Below, piece after piece: positions 36,083-49,412 of a stretch of 64,000 nt of DNA; position 1 is the first letter of the stretch; the number at the start of each line of letters is the position of its first letter. Position numbers and translations under genes: made by a program. The DNA comes from Cirrosporium novae-zelandiae. Its lineage: Eukaryota. Under the pieces are notes generated by a model. The model saw nothing but the letters and a program-made list of their open reading frames with translations, did not search any database and was not told the origin of the DNA. The stretch lies in NCBI GenBank assembly GCA_026023565.1, contig JAPETS010000004.1:806001-870000 (forward strand), written 5' to 3'.

Positions 36083-38859
36083 ATGGCGGCTGCCGTTCAG
36101 AAAGTGCCGGATCCGGCTCAAATCGAGTCCTCAAAGCTTGAAGACCAAGGTAGGCCCGAACAAACTTTTCAATATCTCTTTTCTCTTTATGCTGATATAT
36201 AAGGATAGCTGCTGTCGCTGCTTTATACACCACGAAACCCGAACAATCGATAGGACCGAACAGTAATTTCCCCCTTGATAGTGACGGCAAGCTCTCTTCA
36301 GCAGGTTCGCTTGTCACACGATTGTAGTGGTCTCCTTGCTAAATGTTACGCAGGAGCAGCCACATCTCTCAAATATGCTGATTCCACTAATTTACCATCA
36401 TATCCTTCGGCTGGCCTGACTCTCTCCTCAGCAGGCGCCGCCGCAACACTTGCAAGTGTCAACCAAAAACCTTTCGAACATTGGAAGCCAGATTCGATAT
36501 CTACAGCGAACATGGCAGCATTGCGTGCAACGGATTATAAGTCCGATCCATTGTGGCGGCCAGAATTGAGCTCTGCTGGCTCGAAAGCTGCAATTTTGGC
36601 GCATAGGGATTCTACAAACATGGAGGCTATAAAACATGAAGAGCCTTCCAGAAATGGAAGTTCAGCTGCTGGAATGGCGATGCAAAGAAGCAGACTTGGT
36701 CCTAAATTGGAGAGAACAGGATCACCCATTGGGGACCAGAGAGCTTTGATTGCTGCAAGTGGAGCTATGAGAGCTGGAAATAGGAAACGATCAGAGTCCA
36801 CCCCTGTTCCTAACAGTTATGCCCTTAATTCAGCTATGTTTGCTACTAGTCCTCATCCTAATTCCGGGGCATTTCCACGCCACCCCTCGTACCTTTCTAG
36901 AAATAGTGCAGCTGATGGTCTGCCCTCCCCGTCAGTCGATGCCAGTCGTATTTATAATATTGCCCGAGAAAACGTCAATCGGGACATGTATGGTTCAAAA
37001 CCCCCTGTCGACATTGAGGTTGATGAAAGGAAACGACAAGATACTCTACGTGCTGCAGCCTTGTCAATGGCAAAGCAAATGTACGCTGTCCAGCGAGATG
37101 TAATTGATGAAGCAACGGGAGCAAGAAGGAGCGAAAGCCATTCCGCAGCCAATAGAGTTCACGGCAAGAGAGACTCCGCAAATTCCTCCATTTTGGATGA
37201 ACCAAGCCAGTATACTGCACAATATAACCAATACTCGAACTTGGAAGAAGCTGCACGAAAACTCGCGGCGGAAAGACTTGCGAAACTACATGATGAACAT
37301 ACGTCATATCGTGATTATTATGGCCAAACACCACAATCTCCGAGGTCTAGACTTTCCATCCGGGGTCGACGAAAGAGAGCCTCAAGCGATAGTGAAATGA
37401 TTGACTTAGACACAATACAATCTCAGAAGATTCGATCTCAAATGTCACTTTTCCAAGACAAGGTTGCTCAAGTTGACACTGCAAAAATGCAACGAGATCG
37501 AGAAGCTCTGATGGCGGCCGCACAGAGGAACGTCACCGCAAATATGCACGGCATGGATGAGAAAATATTCTCGGAAACTGGTAAAGCATCGCCTGCCATG
37601 ATAGCAGAATGGGAAACCGCCGCCAAAGCTCGTGCCGAAAGAGACAGTGAAGCTCGGATGGCTAACTTTGGTAAAGTGCATATTGGTGGTGGGCAATATG
37701 TCGATCAACAGATGCTTAATGCTATTGCTGCAGGGAGAATACAGCCAACACTGAATGAGATCAACGAGAAAGCAGAAAGACATAGAGCGCTTGACGAAGA
37801 GAGAAGACTTGATCAAGAGGAGAAAAAGAGAGTAGCTGCTCGTGACGCTCAACGGGCAGCTGAGGTTAAGGCTGAAGAAAAACGAGTAAAAGGCATGCTC
37901 CTCCCATTTCACGCTAGATTAGTACTGACCTTTGACTGGTAGATGCCGAACGAGCTGATGAAAAGGCTAGAAAGGGGCAAGAAAAACAGAAGCAAAAGGC
38001 CAAACAGGATGAAGCAAAGGCTCAAGAACGAGCTAGACGCGAGGCAGAAAAGGAAGAGAACAGGATCAAAAAAGAAGCTCAGAAGAAAGAGCAGAGGAAA
38101 TCAACTTCTGAGAGCTCACTCCCCGCACCAGCATTTGACCCTATGCCACATCTTGGGCTGATTGTCGCGGAAGAGATCAAGCATCCTACTGATCATAAAG
38201 ATACAGCGATAGAATCATCCAACACTGGAGAAGCTCACGTTAGGCCAGACGCCTATTCAGACGGACTAGAAGATGAGGAGCATATACGCATTGCTACCCC
38301 ATCGCCACCTCTTGAGGAATCACCTAAGGAGCCCCTCCCTTCCAGTTCATCCCCACCTACCAAGATGAAATCTTGGTTTAAAGGACTAACCAACCGTGCC
38401 CCTAAAGATAAGGAGAAGCATCTTGTTAGTCCTGTTCCTGGGCCGGTGGATGTTCAGACTCGTGCTCGCAGTGTTAGTGGTAGTGGCGGATTGAAGAATA
38501 AATTAAAGCTACATCGACTATCACGGCCAGCCAAATCGACGGATCGGGTTGGGATGATTCCCATCAATATCCAACCATCTACCCCAACTGCGGGTGATAC
38601 GCCTGCACCTTCTGAGCGAGCCGTCGCTATTGCGGGAAGGTCAGACATTCACAGAGATGTTGATAAAGATAGCATCTCCAGCATCAGTTCATTGAGCGAG
38701 ACTGACCATGATGAGCGAGGAAGGAGCATGCAGCGGGAAAAAATAACCGATTCAGATGACCTATTTGAAGAGGCTCGGGATACGTTTGAGGATATACCTG
38801 CAGTGTCACCGATCCGTCGGAGTGGAGACAGACATTCAAAGTTTTCGGAGGATTTATGA
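36083..38859 (+). CDS. EIS1: Eisosome protein Eis1-like
   Basis: AALYTTKP...PLDSDGKLSSAGAATSLKYA N-terminus. LMAAAQRNVTANMHGMDEKIF and FGKVHIGGGQYVDQ...IQPTLNEINEKAE (Eisosome1-like region). Low-complexity C-terminus ending SKFSEDL. Three introns, the third GC-AG. Confidence 0.75.
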
Positions 38860-41017
38860 TCAGGGTTGCTCGTCGCTCTCATTGTTAGCTCTCTAACTTC
38901 CAGGTACGGCGCCATACATGGCTATTCCTATCTAAGGCTACACAACTACCTAGCTTTGGACGACGTTTGATTTTGAAGTTGGTTCTGGAGTGTAATGATA
39001 TGATGGCGTTGAGAGAGCGTGGAGGGTTACGCGGAAAAGAGAATATCACGAGTACATGAATGGATAGCCAATCATGACATCAAGCGAGTCGATTTACTTT
39101 GAAGCTTGCATCTTGACATGAGAACACCCGTTGATTAGTTTTTTGTAATTATGCAACTAGGTATGTATATGGCTAGTCTAAAGCTAGTGGAGTAGTAATA
39201 GTAATTAGTAGTACTGTATTAGGGTGTACATGTACATGCACAATACACAAGCATGTCATCATTTGTGAGAGGTAACCGGTTAGTAGACGGCAGCTGAGTG
39301 AAACAAAACAATGGGGGGGGTGAAGTCTTGAGAAAGTCAAATGGATGTCATGTAGTCATGTTAGCCAATGAAGATGGATGGATGAGACGGATGCGGGAAT
39401 GGAAAAATAAAAGAAAAAATAAAAAATAAAAAAAATAAAAATAAAAAAAAGTAATAATGTGGAGGTAGCAGAGGGGGTGCCCCTTTTCGGAAGATAGGTT
39501 GCCAGTTCCTGAGTTCCTAAGAGATGAGATAGCCTGGACCGGAAGTTAGTGCGAGAGAGTTAGGAAGTGGTTCCTGGCCTTTGAATTGTTGTTGGCCTCA
39601 GGCTAAAAGAGTTAGGTCAGAATTGGTTCCCACCGTGACCCCCATCAGATGCCACTGCTGACTTTTTCTCTACTGTTTACCCCATCTAACTACAGTTAGT
39701 AACTATCCATCCGGCATCCCTCCCCCCCCCTCGCTCTTCCCTCTCTTTCATCCATCAATTCCAAGTCCACCAAAGTCCATGCTTGATTTCCCCATACCCT
39801 GGTCCTTGCCTCAAACAAAGACATAATTTGTTCAGAGAGCCTACACCCATTTCAAGCCACTTGGACGCGTCAAGCTTGATTTCTGGACTCTGGATTTCCA
39901 GGAGCAATTTAGGAAACCCCAGAACCAACCTTAACTAAGGTTGGATGAGACCAAGGGACTGAAGGCTTGAGAGGCTGAGACGGACCATCATCTCCTGAGT
40001 TGATAATCCGTAATCCCTTTGGTCGATCTCTACCGTCTTCGTCTCACTTGCCAAGCATCTTAGTCGGTTTGTGCAAGCATAACACATCCAACCATATCTT
40101 GGTCGACGGTATCCCAGACACAAATTTGAGATTGATTTGAAAAAGCGAGCAAAAGAGCTTGTCCTGGTTGCTCTGGTTGCTCAACAGCAGGCAAAGCACT
40201 TGTCATCGTCAACAAGCAACAAGGCCCGCATACCTTCCAATTTAGGTCGAATAGCCAAAACCGAGGCATTGGTTAACTTCCTTGTACTTCTTGTGCTTCC
40301 TGTGCTTCCCTGTAGGACCCACCGAAAAGCCGCTCACATACAGCACAAGTTCGACCCTCATTGCCTTCCGAACTACTTTCTACACTCAACTACACTCAAC
40401 CATTCAACCCACTCCTCACTCCTTGGAGCTACCCGGGTAGGAACCTCTTCAACAATCGCCATTTTCAAATTTACTCTCACCTCGCTCCCATTGTGAATCT
40501 CTCTCTACCTGACGGATTCTAACCTCCACGTCACCAAGATTCACCCCAAACCACGCGCCGCTTTTCAGGGTCCTTGCATCTCGATCACGGTCCACGTTCT
40601 TTTCACTCCTTGATCCCAACCCGTCATCCATTGTCTGACGCTCTGACCCCCTGAGGTCCCGTATCCCACATACGATCCTTGCTAAACCCAATCCCAAAGC
40701 AACAAATCCTATCTTCTCACGGGTTCTTCAACATTAGAACTTGGTATTATTCAAGACTCCCTCCACGAGATACATTATCATTCTACATCAACTAATTTTG
40801 AGGGGCAATAAGATATACTGGGTTGCTGGTCAACTAAGGGTTTGGTTCTGTGCCGAAGAACCTTTGAATATATCACATTATACGGCCTTTTCATGGCTTC
40901 AAGAACCGGGCGGAACAGGAACAGGTGTATTCAAACTTGAGGTCTGGAAGGCACATACAATTGTTACGTCTATCAATTCAATTACTATTATTCGCCTGAA
41001 GTGGAAATCCGTTAAAG

Positions 41018-44000
41018 ATGGCATCCGTAATATCACATCAACGACAAAGCGGAGTTCCGCCGCCTACATCAGCGCTGCCACCTCTACCGAAATCGCGAAA
41101 GAGTCTTCCCGCTCCATCTGTCTCCAAGAGAATTCCTTCTACTTCCACACTACCGTCTAGGCTGCGTACTCCTTCGAGTGCGTTAAGCAAGCCTCCCGGG
41201 TCTCCTCGTGTTGGCACTTCGTCCTCAAGGCGTGAGTCCATGCCAGCGAAACAAGTTCGAAGAGCAGTCAGTTTAGCCGAATTTCCTCAACCGCCTACGC
41301 CTAGATGTCCAAGTCGCATTGCCTCGCCTTCGCCTCGGCTGTCTTCTGCGGCAGGGTCCCTATCGGATAAAACAAAGAGAGGTTCATTAGAATCCGTTAA
41401 TTCTATCGCTAGCGCAAAAAGGGCTCCCCGGTCTATTTATTCTACAGCCAACAAAAATCACAATGGTGCTCGAACATCAAGTCTACTTAATAGCGGTGGA
41501 GATCTCAAGTCTGTGAAAAATACTCCCAATTCTCGAAATTCCGATGGCTTCTTAAGCTTACCTTCTCCGCCGCAAAGCCGCAGTTCCTCTGCTCAAGGAT
41601 CTTATTCAACCTCTGCGACCACATTTGAAGACGTTGAGGATGGCACACGGAGAGGTAGGGCAGAATCGGATGATGCTACTACCATCGGTGACGGACGACA
41701 ATCCAAATCCAAAGAAAATAAAGGGAATGTCATTGTTAGTGTTCGAGTACGACCAAATGTCGGTGGGACTGATGCAGATGCTGAAGGAGAATGGATGGTC
41801 GATGGTCGAAGTTCTGTTGTGTCATATCGGGGGAAGGAAGCCGGCGACTATTCCTATGGTAAAACGCTTTTATGAAATCAGATCAATACTGTTTGCTAAT
41901 CTCGCCATCTAGATAACGTGTTCGCTGCTCATGATGGTAACGCCAAAGTTTATGATTCTTGCGCGAAACGACTGGTACGAAGGGTGATGGAAGGTTACCA
42001 CGGAACCGTCTTTGCATATGGTATGACAGGCACGGGGAAAACATTCTCAATGCAAGGGACCGCAACAGCTCCCGGAGTGATCCCACTCGCCATCACCGAC
42101 ATATTTTCCTACATTCGAGAAACCCCGAGCCGAGAGTTCCTACTCCGTGTCAGCTATCTAGAAATATACAATGAGAAGATATTCGATCTACTGTCTGCTC
42201 CGGTGACTGTTGGAATAGGGGCCGGAGCTCAACAACAGCAAGAAGAGATCAAAATTAGAGAAGAACCTAATCGGGGTGTCTATGCCTATCCCTTGAAGGA
42301 AGAAATAGTGCAGAGCCCGACACAACTCCTAAGAGTCATTGCGAGAGGTGACCACGCTCGAAGGACTGGGAGTACACAGTTCAATGCTCGAAGTTCAAGA
42401 AGTCATGCCGTTGTACAGATTGTGGTAGAGAGTCGGCAACGGGCGACCGCGCCTGGCAGCGCTCAAGACAACAAACGCTCTGCTATTGTTCCAGGTGGTG
42501 TTCGAGTATCGACCTTGAGTTTAATTGATCTGGCTGGCTCTGAACGGGCAGCTGAGAACAAGGAACGTCGCGCCGAAGGTGCCCACATTAACAAAAGTTT
42601 ACTCACGCTGGGAACCGTCATTGCACGTCTATCAGGCCGAAAAGACAAGAATGGAAATCCAATGGACAAGGATGGAAAACATCTCCCTTACCGAGATAGC
42701 AAACTTACGCGCCTCCTACAACCTGCCTTATCTGGAGGCTCACTTGTGAGTATCCTTTGCACCATTCAGATTGGAGTAGCGGGTAGTTCAGCAAGCTCCA
42801 CTACCCATACTAGCGAGACATTGAACACTTTGAAATTTGCTTCCAGGGCCAAGAACAATATTGTCAGTAATGCCAAACAAGCGGAAGATAGGTTCACAGG
42901 TGGAGATGCAGGAAGTCGGGCTTTGCTTGACCGATATCGACAGGAAATCCAGACCCTTCGGAAGCAACTTGAATCTCAGCAAAAGTCGCACGAGGATAAA
43001 GAAGAGAAGGATTTCGAACGAGACACAGAGAGAGACGCAGAAGAGAGACGCGAGGAGCAAATATTAGAAATGCAACTAGCGCGAACTGCATTGAAGGAAC
43101 GAATCGAACATCTGAATAGATTGATTCTCTCTTCAAAGTCAATTGGTGTCAATAGTTCAGGATCCTACTCAAGCCTCGGCATGCATCCAAGACTTTCTAG
43201 CTTCATGGCTGAAGAAACTGGGAGCCGAGCGTCAGTACGCTCCTCCCTTACTCCTAGTATCCTCACGCCTCCATCTAGATCACTGTCTGTCTCTTCTGCT
43301 GGCACCATTGGTCAACCTCCACCTTGCCCCTATCCAAATCCACCCATCGACGGGTCAGACGAAGATGAATCGGGTGTTGGAGAATTCGGTGATGGTTTGG
43401 CAAGCCTGCATGCTCAGAACAAAGCATTACAAGCAGATGTGATGGATAAAAATCGCTACATTGCTACACTAGAAAAGAGACTACTTCATGCTAGGCGATC
43501 GAGTCATTCCAGAACTTCGATGGGATTTCGGTCAACAAGTACGGCTAGTGAGGATAGCAGTGGGTATGCTGCCCAGCTTCAGGAGAAGGATAATGAAATC
43601 GCAAGTCTTCGTGAGCAACTCGACGATCGAGATCGCATGGTCGCAGCACTCCGCTCAGCTGCCCGCAAACGAGATGTTGCGGAATCAACAACGAATTCAA
43701 CTTTGACATCGCCTATAGAACAAAAAGGGCCACCCAACCATCAGAGTAACGAGAGCAATACCAGTTCTATTCTTAGCGGTGGAGCATTTTCACACTCGGG
43801 TCCTATAGGCCCATTCGAACTTCTGTCCCCCCAAGCGCGGAAGGAGCGGCAGAGGGAAAATCAGAACAGGAGGAAGAGTGTAGATGAGATGTCGAAAATG
43901 CTTGATGAAATGATTCAAGACCGAGTTCAGAGCGGACACTTGGTCAAAGTCAGTGGAGGCAGCTTGCGGGTTGCGAATGACAGAAAGAAAGATTCTCTCC

Positions 44001-44113
44001 AAGGTCTTAGTGGTGTACAAGCACTATCACCTCATATCTATCCTATGTCCCCCCCTCTCCCAGCCGTAGCTCATGAGAGGAGTGATTCTGGTGTTGCCGT
44101 TGAGGCATCATAA
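41018..44113 (+). CDS. kipA: Kinesin-7 family plus-end motor (KipA/Kip2/Tea2)
   Basis: S/P/R-rich N-terminal extension, NVIVSVRVRP, P-loop AYGMTGTGKT, SSRSH, DLAGSE, HLPYRDSKLTRLLQ, ETLNTLKFASRAK and coiled-coil tail. Intron about 41859-41912. Confidence 0.9.
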
Positions 44114-45267
44114 ATTCGGCTTTTTGTCAATGGTTTAGGCGTTTAACTGTAGGGCTTATTTTTCAGAAATGGTCCTGGAAGCCTCTAGCAAACTTCGATG
44201 GCCTCGGTTCTTCGATTCTTCATGTTCTTTTTTTGGTGATACCCATTGGTCTTTACGCTTCACTTCTACTTTCTTTGCCCCCAAACGGGGTGTAGCATCT
44301 CCAGACAGACGTCTTTCTTCTTTACATTTTACATAATATTCTCTTCGCTCGTGTGACGTGTCTGTGCCATATTTCCTATGTCACAATTTAAAATTACCCT
44401 TTGGCAACGCTAGCGATGTCATATACTGTTCCATACAGTATTTTGGAGGCTGTTCGTTTTTCGAATTGAGGATCAGATGAGATGGTTTCGGCTCAATGGC
44501 ATCCGACCAGGGAGTACTTGAACGGTATAAAAATGGGTGGGGACGGAGCAGGCGGACGCGGAGGCAAAGCGTGGAACGCAATACCAGCTAGTTATCAGGT
44601 TTAGAATTCGGTTGGCCAGAAAAGGGAAGAGCGGGTTTATTGGACTTGATGGATTGCTTGCTGGCTTGTTTGTCTTCTTGTGTCCTGGCTGGGTTTTCCC
44701 AAGCAATACTCTCGCTGAATCATGTAAATGTCAATGAAAGTCTATGAATCAATTCAGATTTATTTTATCTTGAGCGAATTGTTATGCTCCCATAATATTC
44801 CGTAATTACTCGAAAAGGAACCTTGGCTTGCTGCTTGACAAGTGTTGAGCGCAACGCTATAATGCATGATTCATCTACTACAAGCTAAGACCATTAATAT
44901 TTGATCGTTGCACAGATCAGTCAGTCGTTCATCCCCCCTAGAAGCTCCCCGAATTTCTGGAGCGCAAAAACAAAACAAAGTCGAAAATTGGGTTTAATTA
45001 AAACTTCGTTGAGCACAGGCTCTATATCATGGTCCTAGCAGTTAACGCGTTTAGAGATAACCCGAGAGAACTAACTAGTCTGTTGCTACGCGGCGATTTT
45101 CGTACATATTGTGGTAACGGGTGCGGTAATTAAAGCTTTCACAAAGGAGAATCTTAGCAGTCAAGAATGGGATGTACTAACGCAGAAACGAATTCAAGTA
45201 GAAGATCAAGAAAATATGAAGGAGCATCTCTCATGGAGTTGGGGCAGTAGCCTCTGAACATGATGGA

Positions 45268-46073
45268 TCAAACACAGTGCTTAACATAGGTTATCAACTT
45301 CCCTATTGCCCCGGAGCCAACACTATATCCCTCGCCACAGCTCTCCGACTCCACATGTTGTAACAAGGCACTGACACATCCGAAGCATGTGTCACAACAT
45401 GGGCATCGTAATGGTAGATCTACTCTTCCACTCTGGTAATATTTAGATTGGTAGCATTGAAGCGCCACATCTAGAATGCGAGATCCGTGGGCGCCAGAGG
45501 GACAAGTGCCAGCTTCAAGGTGAATGAACATGGCAGATATAGAGGGGAAGAGCCGGTAGCAGCCGTAGCATTGAATGTCACGAGGTTGATGAACGATTTG
45601 GTGCTACAGTAAGCGACGTCATTTTTTTTTCAAATCAACTAGGAGGAGGGAATAGGGGGGGGGGGGGGAGGACATACTGATCTAAACTGATCGTAGGTAT
45701 CGAAACATCGATCGCATGCTTGACACATGTTATGATTCTTCAATTTATGCTACCGAACATGGGCCGAGGAACCCCCGTAGCACCAATTGCACAGCGAGCA
45801 CACCCAGTGGGTGTTTTCTCTATGCTCGAGCAGGGCAGACCGGTTAAAGAAGTCAATGCTGCAGGTTTGGCAGACCCAGTGTTCGACCGAGTCGTTGATG
45901 TGTTGCTGCAAGGCCACGTTTGAGTGGAATGCCTCACAGCACCGTAAGCAGAAGGCATGGCATAGCGAGTCTCGGTGGTGGTAGAAGAGAGCTTTGGGGT
46001 GCGTAAAATTGCGGTTACATTCTCTGCAGTAGGTATCTCCTTATTGGGAATTATAGGAGTATGCCCGGCCCAT
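45268..46073 (-). pseudogene. Multi-C2H2 zinc-finger gene with two in-frame premature stops
   Basis: From ATG 46073: MGRAYSYNSQ*GDTYCRECNRNFTHPKALFYHHRDSLCHAFCLRCCEAFHSNVALQQHINDSVEHWVCQTCSIDFFNRSALLEHRENTHWVCSLCNWCYGGSSAHVR*HKLKNHNMCQACDRCFDTYDQFRS, intron 45604-45677, then HQIVHQPRDIQCYGCYRLFPSISAMFIHLEAGTC...CPCCDTCFGCVSALLQHVESESC. Stops are TAA at 46041-46043 and TAG at 45750-45752. Confidence 0.82.
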
Positions 46074-46880
46074 ATTTTTCTAAAAAAAAGAAGCTCTTTT
46101 TCAAGGTTCTCGAAGGTAGTAGTAGTTCGTAGCTCAAAAAAAAGCGGAAGGAAATGATGATTTATTTAGTAGGTGAGAAGAAGTTCTCTCAAAGTAATTA
46201 AAAAAAATAATATCAGTTGCTTCAGCACCCGTTTCAGCATATTATGAAAAAAAAAGAAGACGGAAATGAAATAACAACAGCAGCCATGTTTGCTCTTAAT
46301 AAGAGACAAGAGCGACGAAAGTGAAAATGAAGGGCTGGGAGAGGGAGGGGGAAAGCTGGTTCCCCTGAAGCAAACAATAACTTGATAGGAATCATAGGAT
46401 GGTAACCTTAACCGAAAAGATTTATTTCCCGGGAAACATGCGTTCATGACGGTGGTGGTGACTATTGAGTCTCATCAAAAAAGACCTGGACGAAAATATT
46501 AGAGGTTAATTACAAAAAAAAAATGAGAATATTCTATTTGCTGACTGACATGTTAGGTTTTTGTTTTGTTTTAACACCTAGTCTGAAGAGTGATATTCCG
46601 ACAAGTATGATAGAGAGGGATGCTCCCACACGAAATTTAATGATTTCAGGTAACTGTTAGGTGATGTAAAGGATCGTTAGAAATAATTTTAAATTGGAGT
46701 TTACGCTTGGGATTTATTTCCCCTGCTACTTTCGAAAGTACCGCGGTCAGATAGACCTCTGTATGTTATTTTTGGAATACATTGTATATACTCGAGTAGA
46801 GTAGATTCTTAAGCTTAATAATGATAAATCCATGAATTTTAACAATCATCATATTGTAACGCCTTTTTTTTTTTTTCAAA

Positions 46881-49158
46881 TCAATTTATTTCCAGACGTA
46901 ATGCATCATATTGTACATAAACCGATGTTGGCAATACTGCACTTTCGTAGTCGGTCGCGTTGGGTGGTAAGCTTAATATTATTTTATTCCCTTTTTCGTA
47001 AAGAATCTTTGGACTAAAGGTGAACTTGTGAGCAATATTATAGCAGCTTACTGCCGACCTCACGCCACAGGAGCTGCTATGGTAATATCTATTTGCTTAA
47101 TTAGTTGGAAAAACTTCCCCTCGTGATAATAAATTCATCCAAAGGTTGGAGTCGTTTAAGGAGGGAATTCATTGTTGTTCAAGGACTTACGGAATGACCC
47201 ATGGATCCAACTCTTTCCCATTTACAACCACGTTGTAATTTAGATTTGAATATGGCTCACTTGCGTTATAAACATCTGTATTGCCAGCCGCGGTCTTTGC
47301 CCCTGCAAGCTGAATCGTCAAAGTGGCTTCTTCGTTTTTTAGTCCTTGAATCTGTTGCTCGCTTAAGTCGAAGAGTATCGTCCAGTTATTGACGTTCTTG
47401 TAGTATGGATCCGGACGGAGCCAATTTGCGTATCCTCCAAAGCTGCTCCAATGGATGTAGTTAAGGTCTATGGCCTCATTGCTTCTATTGATTTGGAAGA
47501 CCACGCCGTCCGGGAAATCTGTGGGGAAATCGTATACGGCCCAGTAGATGCGATACTGTTTCGGATGAAGTGGATGCGTTGAATCAGCTTCGTAGCCATG
47601 TCTGTACTCCCCGCTTGACTTGTCGGGTATGCCAATGCGCCAGATCTCTATACCAGCGGACTCTTCGTGCCAAGTCGCATTAGTCATATATTCTTCTCCG
47701 GCAGTTAGCGTGATATTGTCCTGCTCGTACTGCCCGAATATACCATCTGCATATACCGTTAATCTATATGTCCCCGCTTTAACCATTGGAATTTCGACAG
47801 CTCCAGTCAAAGGATTAATATCACCCCAATACTGATACGCTGTAGCGTCAAGAACATTATCTTGAAAGTCAACCCCATTCTGAGAAAGAACAGCGACTGG
47901 GCGAATGGCACCCTGCGGAAGATCGATATGGCCTTTCCAGTTCATCCGGTTGGAAGAAGGTGCATAGTTTGGAACATATTGAGCTATGGAATCATAAAAG
48001 TCTTTGTTCCAAAGGGGTGAAGCATACTGAAGCGCATCGTCGCGCAGTTCTTCCAACGAGGCTGAGTGGGAACCCTTATTGAAGTAATAGTATTGCTATT
48101 AGATCTTTAGCTTTTGAATGCGCATGAATGGCAAGTTCACCGAAGTATGGATTACTTACTGGACCAAACGTACGATCAAAACCATCTGTGATGTTGGGGG
48201 TCCCATCTCCATGATGATTTGACACTAGTCTATTAGTTAGCAACGTATTTCTGAGAATGGGTATTGCCTAGAATCTACCAATATAATTATACACAATTCC
48301 ATCCACAGTAAGATCAGAATGCAATGGCCCCCCGAAATAGGTATCCCTCGTATTCATCACTAACCAAGCCCCAAATGTTGAGCCGTCTTCGCTTGTTGAG
48401 CCATCTGCAAAAATTCCATGCACATAATGGTCCCGCCAGCTATCCTGAAACGTATACTTGGTGAAGTAGTCTGACATTTGTACTACGTACGGGTCACCGG
48501 ACGTATTTCCCAAGTACCAGGTGGCATCTTGCACCGTAGTTTCATTTTCCGTTGCAGCTATCGAAGGGAGGGGAGCATAATGCTCAGCATTTGTAGACAA
48601 GTTTGTCCAAAGTGGTGAATTTGGTCGAAACAACGTGCGAAATTCCTGCAAGTTCCTCAGGTATGGCGTAGTTTTGTTATAGTACGCTAATCGACTAAAT
48701 GTATGTAGGCCAGTTTCCCCGTCTCGTAAAAACCAATATTGCTGAAAAATCTGGCCGGTTTGCGGATAGGTCTCGCTCATAACAATACCACCGTAAGATG
48801 CATTCGTTGAGTCTACTCCTTGAATAAGTTTATACTCCGGCGCAATGGAACCTGGGGTGTAAAAGCCATCCGGGATACAATAACAGTCAAGGTACGGCCC
48901 GATTCCACTGTTTCCAGATCCAGTAGAGCCGCCCGGCGTAGGAGCCTCATAGCTGAGTGTACCAAGAAGGTCTTGTCCATCTAGTGACAGTTGATCAATA
49001 GCACCCGATGACTTGTTCACGGAGGCACTAAGGTGGTCATTCTTGAGGACCAGCCGTCCTGAATCATCAATTGCGTTTAGTAGGGCAGATACACCAAACA
49101 ATAATACCGACCATATGGACAGATTGTAGGCTCGAATTTCTGGGTAGAAAAGATGCAT
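46881..49158 (-). CDS. Secreted rhamnogalacturonan lyase (PL4), 4 exons
   Basis: GIGPYLDCYC, YWFLRDGETGLHTFSRLAYYN, LQEFRTLFRP, DYFTKYTF, YFGGPLHSDLTVDGIVYNYIVSNHHGDGTP, IWRIGIPDKSSGEY and C-terminal YVQYDALRLEI. Hydrophobic N-terminus from ATG 49158. Confidence 0.92.
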
Positions 49159-49218
49159 GTTGATTTTTTGAAGGAGAATTGAAGCATTCTTGTCTCCTTT
49201 GTTGTAACCCACCACAGT

Positions 49219-49412
49219 CTCCGGCATGATAATCCATTATATACCACAGTTTTCCCATCTTCATCTGGTTCTAAGGATTTTGAGTAAGTGTGATATGATA
49301 TCTCATTGTTTCCCCCGGACGGATGAGATGTGGGGGACAGCTCAAGAAAGTCCGGGGGAACAGGGGAAATACTGGAGATTATGCGGGGTAACTTTGGCCG
49401 TGAAAACCGGGG
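49219..49412. promoter_or_regulatory. Cluster of CreA/Cre1 consensus sites (SYGGRG) upstream of the PL4 gene
   Basis: Seven matches in about 200 bp: 49219 (rc CCGGAG), 49313 (rc CCGGGG), 49330 GTGGGG, 49352 CCGGGG, 49372 CTGGAG, 49383 GCGGGG and 49407 CCGGGG. Confidence 0.6.

Noticed and set aside
39935..41160. ORFs of 60-140 aa upstream of kipA
   Set aside because: Mostly non-ATG starts with low-complexity CT-rich composition typical of a long promoter or 5' UTR.
45750..45752. TAG as an A-to-I editing 'premature stop correction' site
   Set aside because: A second stop (TAA) is in the same frame and the position fits Gln better than Trp, so C>T pseudogenisation is more parsimonious. Not formally excluded.
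49159..49227. In-frame upstream ATG extending the PL4 N-terminus by 23 aa
   Set aside because: It lies about 10 nt downstream of a TATATAA box, so probably upstream of the TSS, and it would mask the signal peptide.
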